This document shows positions 23,869-37,903 of a stretch of 64,000 nucleotides of DNA, piece after piece. How positions within the stretch are numbered: the first letter of the stretch is position 1; each line of letters starts with the position of its first letter. The notes below the pieces were generated by a model. The model ran no database searches, was not told the DNA's origin, and saw only the letters and a list, made by a program, of their open reading frames with translations. Source of the stretch: Eledone cirrhosa (Eukaryota); the NCBI GenBank assembly GCA_964016885.1, contig OZ024740.1, forward strand, positions 244,342,001 through 244,406,000. Direction: 5' to 3'. The position numbers were made by a program, and so were the translations under genes.

Positions 23869-25859
23869 ATACCTTTCTGCCAGATGGTTGAACGTCCGAA
23901 AGTATATACTTTCCTTATGAAAATTAACGGCTGAGCAGCCTAATTTGCATATCGAGTGAGTTCAGTCGGCCAGGTGCACCGAAAACGATAAATGGAATAG
24001 TGGCTGCTGGTGCACTTCTCAATGTGTGTGTGTGCCCTATCACACCAATTCCTGAACCAAGAAAATACTATCAGTGGTAATAACATGGGAGAGGGGTGAT
24101 AGAGGGAGTGACAAAAATAGATGGATAGAAAAGGAGAGAGAAAGAGAGAGAGAGAAGAGGAGAGAGGGAGATTAACCACACCATAGCTGTATTTTTTCAT
24201 AGAGTAACATATACACTTGTTCACTAGCATTTCAATAGCATTTTGTTGTGGTGGCCTAGTGGTTATGGACTTACAACCATAACAGTACATTTCAGCTTGC
24301 TTCAGTCCACTCACCTGCATCTGGGAGTTAACCATGAAATGAAGTGGCAACCTGTCCAAGGGTGGAGTCACTTAACACCAATAAAACTGGGATAAACACC
24401 AGCCTCATGAGCCTCCGGGCTTAAGACAAATTTAACCCTTTTTTTAATATCTAGCCACCAAATTTAACAAAACCATAAGTGGTATTTCCTCTGCTGTTAT
24501 CATTCAAGCCAGGTTCTCAGTAAGAAGTTATTGAGACCTTGCAAAGCATCAACACTCTTACACTTTCTTAGTTGTGAAAAACTAAAACTAAATCAGGACG
24601 ATTCTCCCATCTTCTTTCTAACATCCATGTACTCTGACATAACTTAAACCGACATGCTACCTCTTAGTCACATATAAATAACAATTTTTCTCATTTTTGT
24701 TTGGTAGTAGAAATCTGTGTCCAAGGTGCCATGCAATGGGATTTTACGTGGAACCACATGGTTGCAAAGCAAACTTTTTAATCATACAGCTTAGCTTGCA
24801 CTTATTACGATGCCTATACCATTTATGTAACTGAGTTAAATCTGTACAGATATGTAGTTATCATATATCTCAGCTGCTTAGTGCACAATTTAATATCTTC
24901 TCTAAAGAAACTCCTTAAATGAATTAATATTCCCATGAATCAGGTTAAAAATCTGATTCTGCTTTCTATACAGTGTTTTGATAAAAATAGCTTGTTATTT
25001 TTCCTTTGTAAGAATCTTAGTAATTTTAATTGATGTAACTAAAAAAAAACAAATAAAGATCTTACATTTAGAAAAGAAAAAAAAAAATTAATAGACTAAA
25101 GAGAGAAAAATGTTTCATACATTCTAGAGTTGATGTTAACTTCAAAGAAAAATTGTTACTTTTAAGAAACCCATTTTGGAAATATAAATTTCAAACTTGA
25201 AATATCTTATATGTATATTTAGACAGAACTTCTATTAAAAATATAGCAGTAAGCACTGAGACCAAATTGCTTTTAGTTATTTTATTTACTTTTAGAAAAA
25301 ACAAGCAATAAATCTGATAAGTATCAATGCTTTAATATTTATAAAGAGATTATCTAAATTAAATTGTGAAATGTCTTTCCCAGTAACGCCTGATATTCTA
25401 ACTGGTAGGTGTGTTGTGTATGTTGGTAGGCATTTAAGATGGATTGAGCTGACAACAGCCAGTGAGTTCACAGCATCCTGAATAGAAGTCAATCAACCAT
25501 GCATGGCGATTACAGATGTGCAGTAAGGAGATTTTCAGCCAGCCATGATTCTAGAGTTAGACACCATATATGTTAGGACCAAATATTAATTCAAGATCTC
25601 ACTTGATCGTACTAACCCAGTTCTCTACTTCGCCATTTATGCCATTTTGAGAGGAGCTCTGACACGACTACTACATCCTGAATGAGTTCACATTGTTGGC
25701 AGCAGAGTAAGTACCTAAATCAATAGAGGTGCGTTTTGGGTAGGAGTTGTTGAAAGAAATCAATCTAAAGGTTTCAATAGAATGAATTCTTTATCTCTGA
25801 CTAAATACACAAACATTTACGTTTGTTGAAAGAATGAACTTGCAGTTTTAAATGTGTAA

Positions 25860-28415
25860 CTTCTTTTTCACCCATTTACCCCTGAGATGTTTTGCCCATT
25901 AAATCCATCCAGTAATTCTTTCTTGAGACATTTTAACCACATGCCCAAAGTATCGGAGCTGTGAACTCTCAATTCAGAGAAATAGTGACTCTACCTGAAG
26001 TGATTCCCTGATTTCTGACAATGCACTCTATTGAGTAATATTACTCTAAAGACCCTTCGGAGGAATCCCATTTTGGCTGCTTGTATTCATGATCATATTC
26101 TTTCAGTCATTACCCAAGATTCATAACAATAAGTAAGGATTCACACGAAAACCAAATTGAAGATAGTTTGTATGGGCTTTACACCTATCTCCCTTCTTCT
26201 GATTACAGAATGTTGATGCTGGCACATTACTACATCAGCTCTTGCAATTCCTGCACTTAATTCAGTCTCCTGCCTTCCATTACTCATGAACACGACCCCG
26301 AGATACTTGAACTTCTCTATCTGCTTCAGTCGAACTCCATTCACATGTAGAGTGCACTGCACAAGCTTCCTTGAGAAGATGAGTGTTTCAGTTTTCACAG
26401 CACTGATTTTCATTCCAGCTATCAAACCTATCAAGTGCAAGTCAGAGATCACCTGTCAAGTTAAGTGACACCATGTTGTCAGCAAATACTAGCCGACTAA
26501 TTTTATACCCAACAGTTATGATACCACTTCCAACCTGGCTGCACATATCAATTCTGTTCATGTAAATAATGAACAGGACAGGTGACAGTACGCACCCTTG
26601 GTGGAGTCTGACCTACACATTGAATAGTTTCAATTTGGCGCCATTTATCCAAACAAAAATACTCAGGCATTTATACAGAGAATTCAGAGCAACAAGAAGC
26701 TGACCATTGACCCCATATTCATGCAGAACCTTCCACAGCAGGGTCGGAGTAACAGACTCATATGAATTTTCGAGAACTACAAAACAATAATATACCTCTT
26801 GGCAATACACCCATGATTTCTCAAAGACCTGTCACTGTTTGAATGCTTGGTTGGCTGTGCTGCGTCTGGGGCAAATACTGCACTGTTCATCAGCTAGCTT
26901 GGACTCAACAATCTCCCTGCATCTCTTTGTCAGAGAAATCCCTCTGTAATTGGAATGATCTTTCTTGTCTCCCTTTTTGAAAATTGGGTTTATCACTCCT
27001 TACTGCCATTGCTTAGGTGCTTTTCCAGAGATCCAGGTCACCCAAAACACACGACTCAGCCAGAGAATACCTTATTTAAGGCTTTCAAAATCTCAGGCTG
27101 GATTTTATCTTCCCCAGTGGCTTTGCCACATTTGATCTCTTTAACTGCTCTTGTGCCTTCAGCCTCTGAGAGATTAGTCTCCACTCATGTACATCAGAAG
27201 ATGCTGTTTTGATCAGGCCTAGGTGATCATCAAAGTATTAACTCCACCTCGCAAGGTGTGGGGGAGGGCTTCTTATTAAGTAGTTGGTGGGTGGTCTACG
27301 AGAACACTTTATTTGCTGATCTGAAGTCGGATTCCAGCTTAACCACAAAGACCTCCCATGTCTTAACTTTGGACGTCTTTACTGTCGTTGCTGACATTTT
27401 CCTGCCTTCTTGTACCACAAATGCAAGAAGGGGGACTTTGTAGGCTTTCTCTTTTGCTCAAATGGCATCTTTGTCTGCTTGATTGAACCAAGGAGTCTGC
27501 CTGCCATCCGGCACCACACCAAGCGTCTTTCACCCGCAACATTTAACAGCTGTCTCAACATCCTCCATTTGCTCAGGGAGTTCTCTGAATTTGGACGCAA
27601 TAGTATCAGCATACCATGTCCTGACATCTTTATCCACCAACACTTCCCACATTATCCCATAGGATGCCCTGGACCTGCCAGTTTTGACATCTCAGCCCCT
27701 TTCTTAACTCGAACATCCAACACAAAATCGCAGAGATTAGAGGCTATAACAAATCAATTATTGCTCTCTGTCCCTCATTCCCCTTATACCATGTATATTT
27801 ATGGATGTCTCTGTGCTGGAAGAAAGCGTTGACAATAGAGAGACCATTGCTAGAGCAGAAGTTTAATAAGGCCTCTCCATTTGTATTTAGATAGGGGTCA
27901 TCATTCCTTTCAATCACTTGTTTCCATGTCCAGTGGTCAGTGCCAACATATGCATTGAAGTCTCCCATCAGGATATATGACCCAGTCTTAACTACATCTA
28001 ACGATGCAGTGACTTCATCAAGGAAGGATCTGTATTCGGACTCCTTGTTTGGTGCATAAACTTGCACCACCCACAGAGACCTATCTTTCAGCCTAAGCTT
28101 CAAGAGGAAAATCCTACCTCCTAATGGAATTCAATCCATAACACATTCTGACAGCTGGGAGCATGTGAGTATCCCCACTCCTAACTGTGCAGTCATTTCT
28201 GGGGCCACACCTGAATAGTGGAGTTTCATTCTCCATCCAAATCTACAGTATCAGAGCCACGGAACTTTGTTGAGGAAACCCTGACTATATCTAGCAGGTA
28301 GCATCTAGCCTGCTCTACTAATTCCTGCCCCTTACCTGTAAGGTCTGTGATATTCCAGGTTCCAATTGTCAAGGTTGGCTCACTTCCGAACCCTCTTTGG
28401 GGTCTCGTGATATGC
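25860..28415 (-). mobile_element. Near full-length but decayed RTE LINE (family B): APE endonuclease plus RT
   Basis: IGTWNI, QVYAPN, MGDFNA, FFQHRDIHKYTW, KISAVKTE, KFKYLG fragments in collinear order. Confidence 0.88.
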
Positions 28416-29769
28416 AATGTATAACTGTTTACTTAAATAGTTATGTTTTGTGTTATAAAAAGATAATGTAAAATTTAGAAAACTCGCCTCCTAAAAGATT
28501 TGAATTGTTCCCATGTGGGACATACACCCCAAAATTCAGAATGACTGGAACAAAATAAATTTAAAAAAAATAAAAAACATTGTTTTCTTATAGTGATTTC
28601 TGATTTATAGGAGATGAAGGTAAAGCTTGATACCTGTGCTTTTCAGAAAACAATCAGCGGAAAATTTTAAAGAATTAAGATTATAAGCACCAGAGAAACA
28701 AAAAGGAAGAAAGTTCTATAAGTCAGAGACTTTTCTTATAAGAGGGAGGCAACCACAGTGAGAAGATGGGAATTTGTAGAAAGCTTGATTAGCACCCTTA
28801 GGAGGAAGAAAAAATGAAGAAAGTTTGACAGAGCAATTACCATGGATGTATTTATTTATACAATAGAGATTTAAAAAAAGGCAATATCACACTGAGGGGA
28901 CAAGGGTTAAAGTTTAGCTGCCAAAATAGGAACATCCCTGTCAGAAAGTTGCTTTACAAATCAATCATCGAGAGAAAGAAAATAACCAGTGGTACCAGCC
29001 TAGATGTGTCAATAATATTCTATAGAAAGATGAATAAGAGACTTATAAAAATAAAGAATACATTTAAAAGAGAGTAATAATTAGAATAAATTAAGCTTTT
29101 ATCAGCAGGAACATTAACCACATTACAACTTAGCTTGCCAAGAGGTAATTACTGCTGTGTTCACCAATACAGAAAATCATGAATCCTTCTTACAATATTT
29201 ATAATCAACTGTATAATCTGATGGTTATTTCATGACCCAATTTAAATTGTCCCTTTCTTCACCCCATCCACATTCTCACTTCCACCACTTTGATCATAAT
29301 TAAAATTAATTAAAATCATACAGGGAAGTGAGAATGTAATTTGAGAATATGTTGATAGTTCCCTCTCAGCCTGGTTGATTTGAGGTCAGCTATGGTAACA
29401 GACCACAAAATTAAACAGCTGCCATTGACTTTAAGATAATATTATAACTGACTGACTTATAGGAGGAAAATATACAGGTTTTCTTAAAAATGTGTGGGAA
29501 TTTCATATTGATGCCACATTTTAAAATCTCATTAGAAACTACCCTCTACCCCTAAACAGCTTTTGTGTGTGTGTGTGTGTATTACAAGTCAGAAGTGTTA
29601 AAATGCTTTTCAAATTTCTTATATACCATTATTGTAATGTGGTGTTCTTTAGTATTGTGTTATTTTGTTTCTGACTTGTACTCCATACTACTATGTGTGA
29701 GTGTATGTATATATGTATTTACATATATATGTGTGTGTATGTATGTATATATATGTATGTATGTAAGTA

Positions 29770-30060
29770 TGTCTCTTGCTCCACAAAAAAAAAATCTGCG
29801 ACTTCATTTGCTTCCAATGATGTAGACCAGTTCTACTTTTTGGGCAAATGCATTCGATGTTCAGAGAATGGGATTGACCCTGTGCAAAGCCTTTCCTCAC
29901 TTAAAAATGCTTCAAGCACAGGCATCACTTGATATGTGACATTTTTTGAGATGCACAGTATTGCTGGCAATAGGCAAGCCTCTAGCACGCTTAAAAAGCC
30001 ACATCCGTGTTGCTCATGCTTAAGTATCAAGCGATGGCATTACTTGAAATTGAGTTGCAG
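29770..30060 (-). mobile_element. Possible decayed mariner-like transposase N-terminus
   Basis: Frameshifted 'EQ..' and 'IFK*/RKGFAQGQ' resemble the mariner HTH VFxWxKxFxxGR motif; weak. Confidence 0.25.
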
Positions 30061-30761
30061 CCATCATGTAAGTATGTATATATGTACGTGCTTGTCTCCA
30101 TATGTGTATTTTTTTTTCTCACTGGCATTGCTTGGGAAGTCAGTGTTTGTTTATGTCCCCACAACTCGGCAGTTTGGAGATCACTTCCTCACTTCAAAGC
30201 ATGGAGAAGTGGATAATCACTGATGTTTCAGGCCACAATTGAAGAGACTAATTGACAAGGTGGATAGTTTAAATCACAGCTGTTTCATCATGCACATATC
30301 CTCTATTTGCATTAAAAAGTAGCCTCTATATAGAGAACAGCCAGTAATATCCACTATATTAGTCATTCCCCTCTCATGGGGTTCCTTCCTCATGAGATGC
30401 CATCATTCTGATTTTGTGGCTGTCAGTCACAATCAAAGATGGCTTAGTAGCATGCTAATGGTTTTATGTGCTGACGTAGTTGCAAGCAGACACAAACCCT
30501 TTCAATGCCTCACACCCATGACAATGAAACAGGAAGATGTATGTGACAGCTAGAGGAAAAGTATGGCAGTCACAACACTGAGATAGTACTTTCTTTATCA
30601 ACCCCGAAGGTAGGAAAATAAAACAGACCATGGCAAGATTTGAATGTGGAGAGCAGAGAATGATAACAAATAATTGTTTCTAACATTTCTAACATAAAAT
30701 GCCGGCAACTTTGGGGAGGAAAAAAAAAATCAATTTTATCAGCCCCAGTACTTTTCCGATG

Positions 30762-31085
30762 TGAAGGCACATAGCTTAGTGGTTGTGGTGTTCAACTTAT
30801 AATCATAAGGTTGTGAGTTTGATTCCTGGACTGGGTGGTGCATTGTGTCCTTGAGCGAGATGTTTTATTTCACACTGCTCCAGTTCACTCACCTGGAACA
30901 AACAAGCTTTACCTGTAAGTGAAGGGGCTAGTCGTGTTGCACATTGTGTCATGCTGAATCTTCTATCTTAAGGGTGCACATGTCTGTGGAATGCTCAGAC
31001 ACTCACATGGTAATTTCATGAGCAGACAATTCCATTGATTGAATCAACTGGAGCACTCATTGTCAGAAATAACGGAGATCCTCAT
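30762..31085 (+). mobile_element. tRNA-derived SINE
   Basis: gaaggcacatagcttagtggtt (A box), gagtttgattcc (B box), core ccttgagc...tgctccagttcactca. Confidence 0.75.
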
Positions 31086-31839
31086 ACACTTTCTCAGTAT
31101 TTAATTTTATCAATCCCAGAAGGATGAAAGGCAAAGTTGACCGTGACAGGATTTGAATGCAGGGTGCAGAAAGAGGGGACAAATAATGTAACACATTTCA
31201 TCCAAGACCCTAACAACTCTGCCAAACCAACTGCCTATGGAAATGTATGGAAGTTAAAATTTTTTCAAATGTCATTCATCAAATTGCTTTTAGTGTTTCC
31301 ATCACACAGGAATAAATTGAAACCAATTCTGAGTTACGAAGAATAAGAAGACTTTTAATAGAATCTCTCTACCTGACAGATCTTCAGTGTTTGACAGCTC
31401 TGTGACAGAATATCCAAAATTACAGTAGCAAGCTCCTCTCTCTCTCCCTGCTCTCATCTTCTTCTCTCTAATGATATGATGGCCCCTATGTGTTTTATTA
31501 AATCTAAGAAGGGCCTGTGTATCTACCACCTCCACCATCTGTAGTGGTAATAGTAATATTTGTAGTAGTATTCTATTTCCACCATCACCACCGCAGTAAC
31601 AGCAGCATCAATAATAAGATCATCATCACCACCATTATAATCATCATCAACAACAACAACATTATTAAAGGAAGAAAAGAGACAACCTCTATATGGCTGT
31701 TCGATTTGCAAGATATAACAACCAAATCTCTCTCCCTACATCATTAAAGCCATGTGTTCTACTAAATCAGATAATGAGACGGACCTATGTATTTACTACA
31801 ACTAATAATAATAATATTAATAATAATAATAATAATAAT

Positions 31840-32724
31840 AAGGGGATGTCCAAGGAGGAAATAACATCAAAGAGAAAGAGCAGCCTTCAGGAAAAATCCC
31901 TTCATAGTACCTTCTTTGAGAAAACTGAATTCAGAGATCCACAGACATGGAACTGGTTGAAAAGAGGGGACCTTACAAAGGCTACAGAAGGAATGTTAAT
32001 GGCTGCGCAGGAGCAGGCCCCAAAACGAAGTGGTTGAAACACCACATTTACAAGGAGGAGGCTAGCCCACTGTGCAGGATCTGTGGAGAGAGAGAGGAGA
32101 CCGTGGCTCACATTGTATCCGAGTGTAAACACCTAGCCCAGACTCACTATAAGGGCTGGAGACATGATGTGATGGGCAAGGTGATCCACTGGCACCTATG
32201 CAAAGTAAACAATTTACCACATTCTGAGAAGTGGTATGAGCATAAGCCAGAGTCGGTGATAGAAAACGATCAGGTGAAGGTGCTGTGGGATTTTAGGATA
32301 CAGACGGATAAGAAACTGGAACACAATAGACCTGACCTGGTGGTTTTGGACAAAGAAAAAAGATCGTGCCTGATTGTGGATGTGGCCTGCCCATTCGACA
32401 CGAGAGTGCAAGAGAAGGAGAGGAAGAAAATTAACCGATACCAGGACTGAAAGTGGGAGGTAAAAAGGATTTGGAACTGCCATGAAGTCAAAGTGGTCCC
32501 GATTGTCATAGGCGCATTAGGGACTATCTCAAAAAGTTTCCAGGGATGGTTAAAGAAAATTGGCCCCTTCACGCTTTTTGGAACGCTTCAAAAGACATGC
32601 TTGCTGGGAACAGCAAGAACCCTCCGATACGTCCTGAATATCTGAGGCTGCAGGTAGTGGCTTGATATTCATTTCAACAAACTTTCCAGTTAACTAACAT
32701 CAATGACTGAGACTCAAAGAATAA

Positions 32725-32750
<26 letters not shown>
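31840..32750 (+). mobile_element. R4/Dong-clade (restriction-like endonuclease) LINE 3' part
   Basis: AAQEQA, CRICG..ETVAHIVSEC (CCHC), RHD, WDF, NRPDLVV, IVDVACP; flanked by (TAA)n. Confidence 0.88.
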
Positions 32751-32755
<5 letters not shown>

Positions 32756-32769
32756 TATATCAATAATAA

Positions 32770-34634
32770 TGTACAGGCATCTTGAAGAAAATGGTGTTCT
32801 ACCAGATGAGCAAAAAGGGTGCAAGCATAAGTGCAGAGGTACAAAGGACCAGCTTTTGATAGATAAAACAATACTTAAGGAAGAAAACCAACTTGAACAT
32901 GGCGTAGATTGGTTACTGCAAAGCCTATGACATGATTATGGAATGTGTTAACTTATTTCGTATAGCACCAAAGAAAAGTATGAGAGATTGGAAGACTGAA
33001 TTGACAGCATATGGGAGAAATTTAAGAACCATAGAAATCAAGAGAGGTATATTCCAAGGGGACAGTCTGTCACCACTGATGTTTGTACTGTGTCTGATAC
33101 CACTGACAATGATTTTGAGAAACGCTAAGGCTGGGTTCAAAGATTGTCAGCAAAAAGTCAACCACTTATTATTCATGGACAACCTCAGCTTTATGGTAAG
33201 AATGAATCCCAGCTTGGTTCCCTCGTTAATATGGTATACACCTTTAGTGCTGACATCAGAATGGTGTTTGGATTTAAAAAGTGTGGTGTATTAATCTTGA
33301 ACAGAGGCAAAATTGAAAGCATTGATGGGTTGGTGTTGTCATCAGGATAGGTTATAAAGTAAATAGAAGAGCAGGAGGAAATGAAATAAAAATTTAGGGT
33401 GGAATACATGTGCAGACTGAGACTTATTCTCAAATCAAAACTTAAAGGAAGGAATAAGATGGAGGCTATCAATTCATGGGTAGTATCACTCCTTAGATAT
33501 AGGGCGGGAGGGGGGGGTGATCACGTGGACAGTGGTAGAGCTAAACAGTTTAGACCGAAAGACAAGAAATTGACGAGATATGGGGTATTTCACTCAAAGA
33601 GTGACACAAACAGATTATAATACCAAGAAAAAGAGGAGTAAGAGGACTGATAGGGTGTGAAGAAACCATTAGAACAGAAGAAAATAACATGACGTTGTAC
33701 ATAAATAATTCCACAGAACTGCTGTTGATGAAAATAAGAAGATCAGGGATGTGCAAAATAAAAGATTGCAAAGAAAAAACACAGTAGAAGTATTTGAAGA
33801 TGGATGAAACTGAAAGTAGATGGATTGAAAAAAGAATGTATGGACACTTCCATAGAGATGTTGAAGATAGGACAGACAGAGAAAAAAGGTGGTAATGGAT
33901 GGCTGAAAGTGATCTAAAATGGGAAACAGAAGCCTTAATCTGTGCTGCTCAAGAACAAGCACTAAGAACTAACTACATCAAGTATAGAGTAAACTACAGC
34001 AGAAAGTGATAAGTGTATAATTTGTGGCATTAATGGAGAAACTGTATAGCATATTACCAGTCAGTGCACACCACTAGCTCATGAAGAGTATAAGAGACGT
34101 CACAACTATATAGCAAGGTTAGTCAATTGGGCATTTTGTGGCAAATATGTACTTGACAGAACAGAAAAGTGGTACGAACATAACCCTGAGAGTGTTATAA
34201 AAAATGATGATGCAAAGATCCTGTGGGACTTTGTGATACAGTGTGACCATGAGATTGAACATAGGAGACCAGATATTGTACTAATTGAGAAAGAAAGCAA
34301 ACAATGTTGGATCATAGATATTGCCTGTCCAGTAGATAACAAGGTATGCGATAAAGAAGGATAAAAATTGATAGATATGACAGGTTAGCTTGGGAGATTA
34401 AGCAGTTGTGGTTACTGAAAAGGGTGGTGGTAATGCCAATAATAGTTGGAGTCTTGGGAATAGGGACTGCAATACAGATGGACCACTTACAAAAAACAGC
34501 ATTGCTTGGAACAGTTCGAATACTGCAGAGGGTATTCAAAAAATAAGGAGTGTTACCCCAGTTCACTGGTAGTGAAGAATTAACACTGTAATACATCTCC
34601 AGCATTAGAAGCTGGGCAAAGAAACAACAACAAC

Positions 34635-34660
<26 letters not shown>
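32770..34660 (+). mobile_element. Second R4/Dong-clade LINE, decayed RT plus REL
   Basis: [46 protein letters not shown]; (TAA)n tail. Confidence 0.88.
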
Positions 34661-34662
<2 letters not shown>

Positions 34663-34665
<3 letters not shown>

Positions 34666-37600
34666 CTTTCTTTATTAACCACAAGGGTTTACACAAAGTA
34701 GACATTAAGGACAGTACAGGACGGTACAAATGGGCATTTTTGCGTGTAAAAAACAAAAAAACAGAGGATGTAATAAAAGAACAATGAAAAATTCCCCAAT
34801 AGCGGGGAGACTTCCGAGGGCCATCGTGGAGAAAGCCCATTAAAAAAGCCACGGTGACCCTGACCACCAGGGCAATTGTCCTCTCCCAGTTTTCCACCTG
34901 CAATTTACAGGCATATAATCAGAGTAGGTCCACTCACTTGGGCCATTCTTGCCTCTCTCACCCATCTTTCAACAAAAAGCTGGGAAGAGAGCACCTCCCT
35001 CTCTACCCTGATTTTCCTTTTCAAATGAAATTGGAAAAAGTTAATCAGGGCATCACCGAAGAGGTAAGTGCTCGTCTTCAGCCCTTTCAGACGTGTCCAC
35101 CAGACTATCTCTTTCGCCATGGCCACCAGACAGATAAAAACTGCCTGCCCTTCCCGGCTAAAGGAAGAGGGCGGGGCAATCGTCACGATGGACTCAGCTG
35201 ATTGTCGGATCCGTTCTACATGTGACAGCAAGTGTTCGACATAAACCCACAAGTCAGCAATGCTCGGACACTGGACGAGTGCGTGCAGGACGGTTTCGTC
35301 GCCCTGCACGCATCTCGGACATGCCCGGCTGACGGCACCTCCATGCCTGTAGAGTTTATCCCGAACTGGCAAAGCTCCTCGGTAGCACTGCCAGGCCAGG
35401 GATGTCTGGAAGTTGTCCATAGGCCCCGGCCCGAAAGTTCTTCCAAAGTGATTGGCTAGTTGATTTTCGTCGACGCCTAGAGTTTCCCCAAGTACGTCGT
35501 CGCTCTTCCCCTCCACTAATCCTCTATAGAACGCCAAGGTGGAGTTTCCACCGATCACATTTCCCAATTGGTCGAGGGCTGTGAGCGCCTGAAGACATTC
35601 CAGTCTTCAAGCGCTCCCTCTCGGTCTTTGCTTGACCCAGGACTGCAGCTCCGTCAAGGAGATGAGCTGGGGAAAGACGCATCTAGCAAACGGCGACCAC
35701 ACCTGATCACCGTCAAGGAAGAGGTGGAGATGTCGTAGCCTGAACGCGTGTCTGCGCATCATTAGCCATGGCATGCCCAGTCCTCCACGTAGCGGGTGTT
35801 GACAGATGGACCGCCTAACCATCGGAGCGCGTCCCTTCCACAAAAAGCGAAAGAGCAAACGCACCAGCGCAGTCAGGCGAGGCTTAGGACAAAGCACGAC
35901 GGTCAGGCGGTAGTAGATGACAGACGTGATGTACGTGTTAGCCACCTCCGCTCGACCTTTCAGGGATAGCTTCCTCTCCGCCCATTTCTGGGTGAGAGAA
36001 GCCACCCTGCTCGTCACCTCGTCCCAGTTTTTGTCTGTCCGGAGGTCTGGACAAAACCAGACCCCTAACAATTTAACTGGTCCGTCCGTCCAGCGCCCGA
36101 CGACGCCGTTGGACGGCATGGACCTGCTTCTCCAGGTGCCAAGCTACAGGCCCACCGACTTTTCCTGGTTGATCATTGCTCCTGTCACCGCTTCATATTC
36201 TCTTAGTGTAGTGCCGATCGCCTTGATGTGTTTGGCGTTCGACACCACTACGGTGACATCGTCCGCATATGCTGACACAGATCTTCCTCATCCTAGTTCG
36301 CGCGGGACCTCCCTCAACGTCTCCAGTTTGTGCAGTAATGGCTCGAGAGTCAACACGTACAAGAGGAACAAGAGGGGACATCCTTGGCGGACCGAGTGCA
36401 TGATGTTGAACGGTTCCGAAAGATGACCATTCACTCTAACCACAGAGCAGATGTCGCTGTGCATGGCAGTGATCCAGCCTCTGAAGACAGGCCCAAAGCC
36501 AGCTGCTCTTAGGACTGCCGTCAGATAACGATGGTCGACCTTATCGAAAGCTTTTGACTGATCTAAATTGATCAAGGACCCACCCGCGCCAGGTTCCCTA
36601 GCTACCCGCTCAACGATGTATCGCATGAGGTGGAGGTTGTCGTGGATGGATCTGTCGGGAATGGCACATGTCTGTGCCTCTTCCACCAGCCCACCAACGA
36701 CAAGCGCCAACCTCTTTGCTAGCACCTTGGCCAAAATCTTGAACTCTGTGTTGAGAAGAGTTATGGCCTGAAATTATCTATGTTATCCCCCTTGTTCGGA
36801 TCCTTTTTCAGCAGCGCCACCGCTCCTCGGCTCACAGAGCTGGGAATTCTCCTGTTCTGTTGCCAGTTGCAGTAGACGTCTGCCAAGAGGCCTCCGAACA
36901 AGTCTGGCATCTGTACGTAAAGTTCATAGGGCAGACCATCCAAACCAGGCGATTTACCCCTTGTGCAGCCAGTCATTGCCTCCCATACTTCAGCTGCTGT
37001 TATCTGGCTTCTTCTGGTATAGCGAAGAGCACATCCACAGTGCCATATCTCGATCCCCGGGCTATATATGTTTTCTGTGCCCTGACGGTACCCATAGCTC
37101 TTTGGACCTGTAACTTTGTTGCCCATTCAACTTGCCACAATTTTGATCCAATCGTGTGATAACTGACCGAACACAAAAGCTTGTTTCTTATTATCTCAGC
37201 TGGACGGGTGAGACTTACTCTGTGTCCGGTCTTTTTAACCAAGACCTTTGTTTGTTTTATCTCTTCGTTAGTGATGTGTATTTGCTCAAACTTGTTTCTC
37301 GCTTTAGCGAAAGATGTGTTTGTTTTTATTTGTGTTGACTCGTCACTAGTTTTGTCTTTGTTGCCGTCGCCGGTGTTTTTGTTTGTTTCTTTTTCCTCTG
37401 TGTTGCTGCTGTTATAGTTGTTGTTCTTTGGGTTCTTTGTGGTTGTTGCTGTTGTTATTGGGGTGATGGTGGTGGTGTTTGATTTCTGTAACGCAGGAAA
37501 TTTTTCGATATAATTTTCACTGTTGTTACTACAGTTCCAGTGACAGCTGCTGCTGATATCATTATCACTGTCGCTGTCGCTGCTGCTGCTGTTTCTCTTG

Positions 37601-37903
37601 TTTTTTACTTTACCTTGTGATTGGGTGGGTGGAATTGGCTGTTCCACCCTCTGAACAACTCGCTGTTCCTCCCTGTGGACAATTTTCTTTATCCGCCCTG
37701 TTTTTTAAATTTATTTTGGGGTTATGGTTGTAAATAAAAGCAAATTTAGCCCTCAAGAGCGCGAGATACAGTTAAAAAAACCCACCTCCTTTGACAGAGG
37801 GGTTCTTTTACTACACATCGATGTAAAAATATATTATTAGAACTTTCGATAACTCACAAAAAATTCAACCAACTTACTCCGCCATAGTTACCGCCATTTT
37901 GTA
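34663..37903 (-). mobile_element. Tx1/L1-clade LINE, internally deleted (5'UTR plus partial ORF1 joined to ORF2 RT and C-terminus)
   Basis: KSPGLDGLPYE, LDQSKAFDKVDH, VRQGCPL, YADDV, GGLG, CPRC..DETVLHALVQC; ORF1-like 37000-37647. Confidence 0.85.

Noticed and set aside
30762-30835. tRNA-like A/B boxes here and at other SINE heads
   Set aside because: No complete cloverleaf; continues into the SINE core
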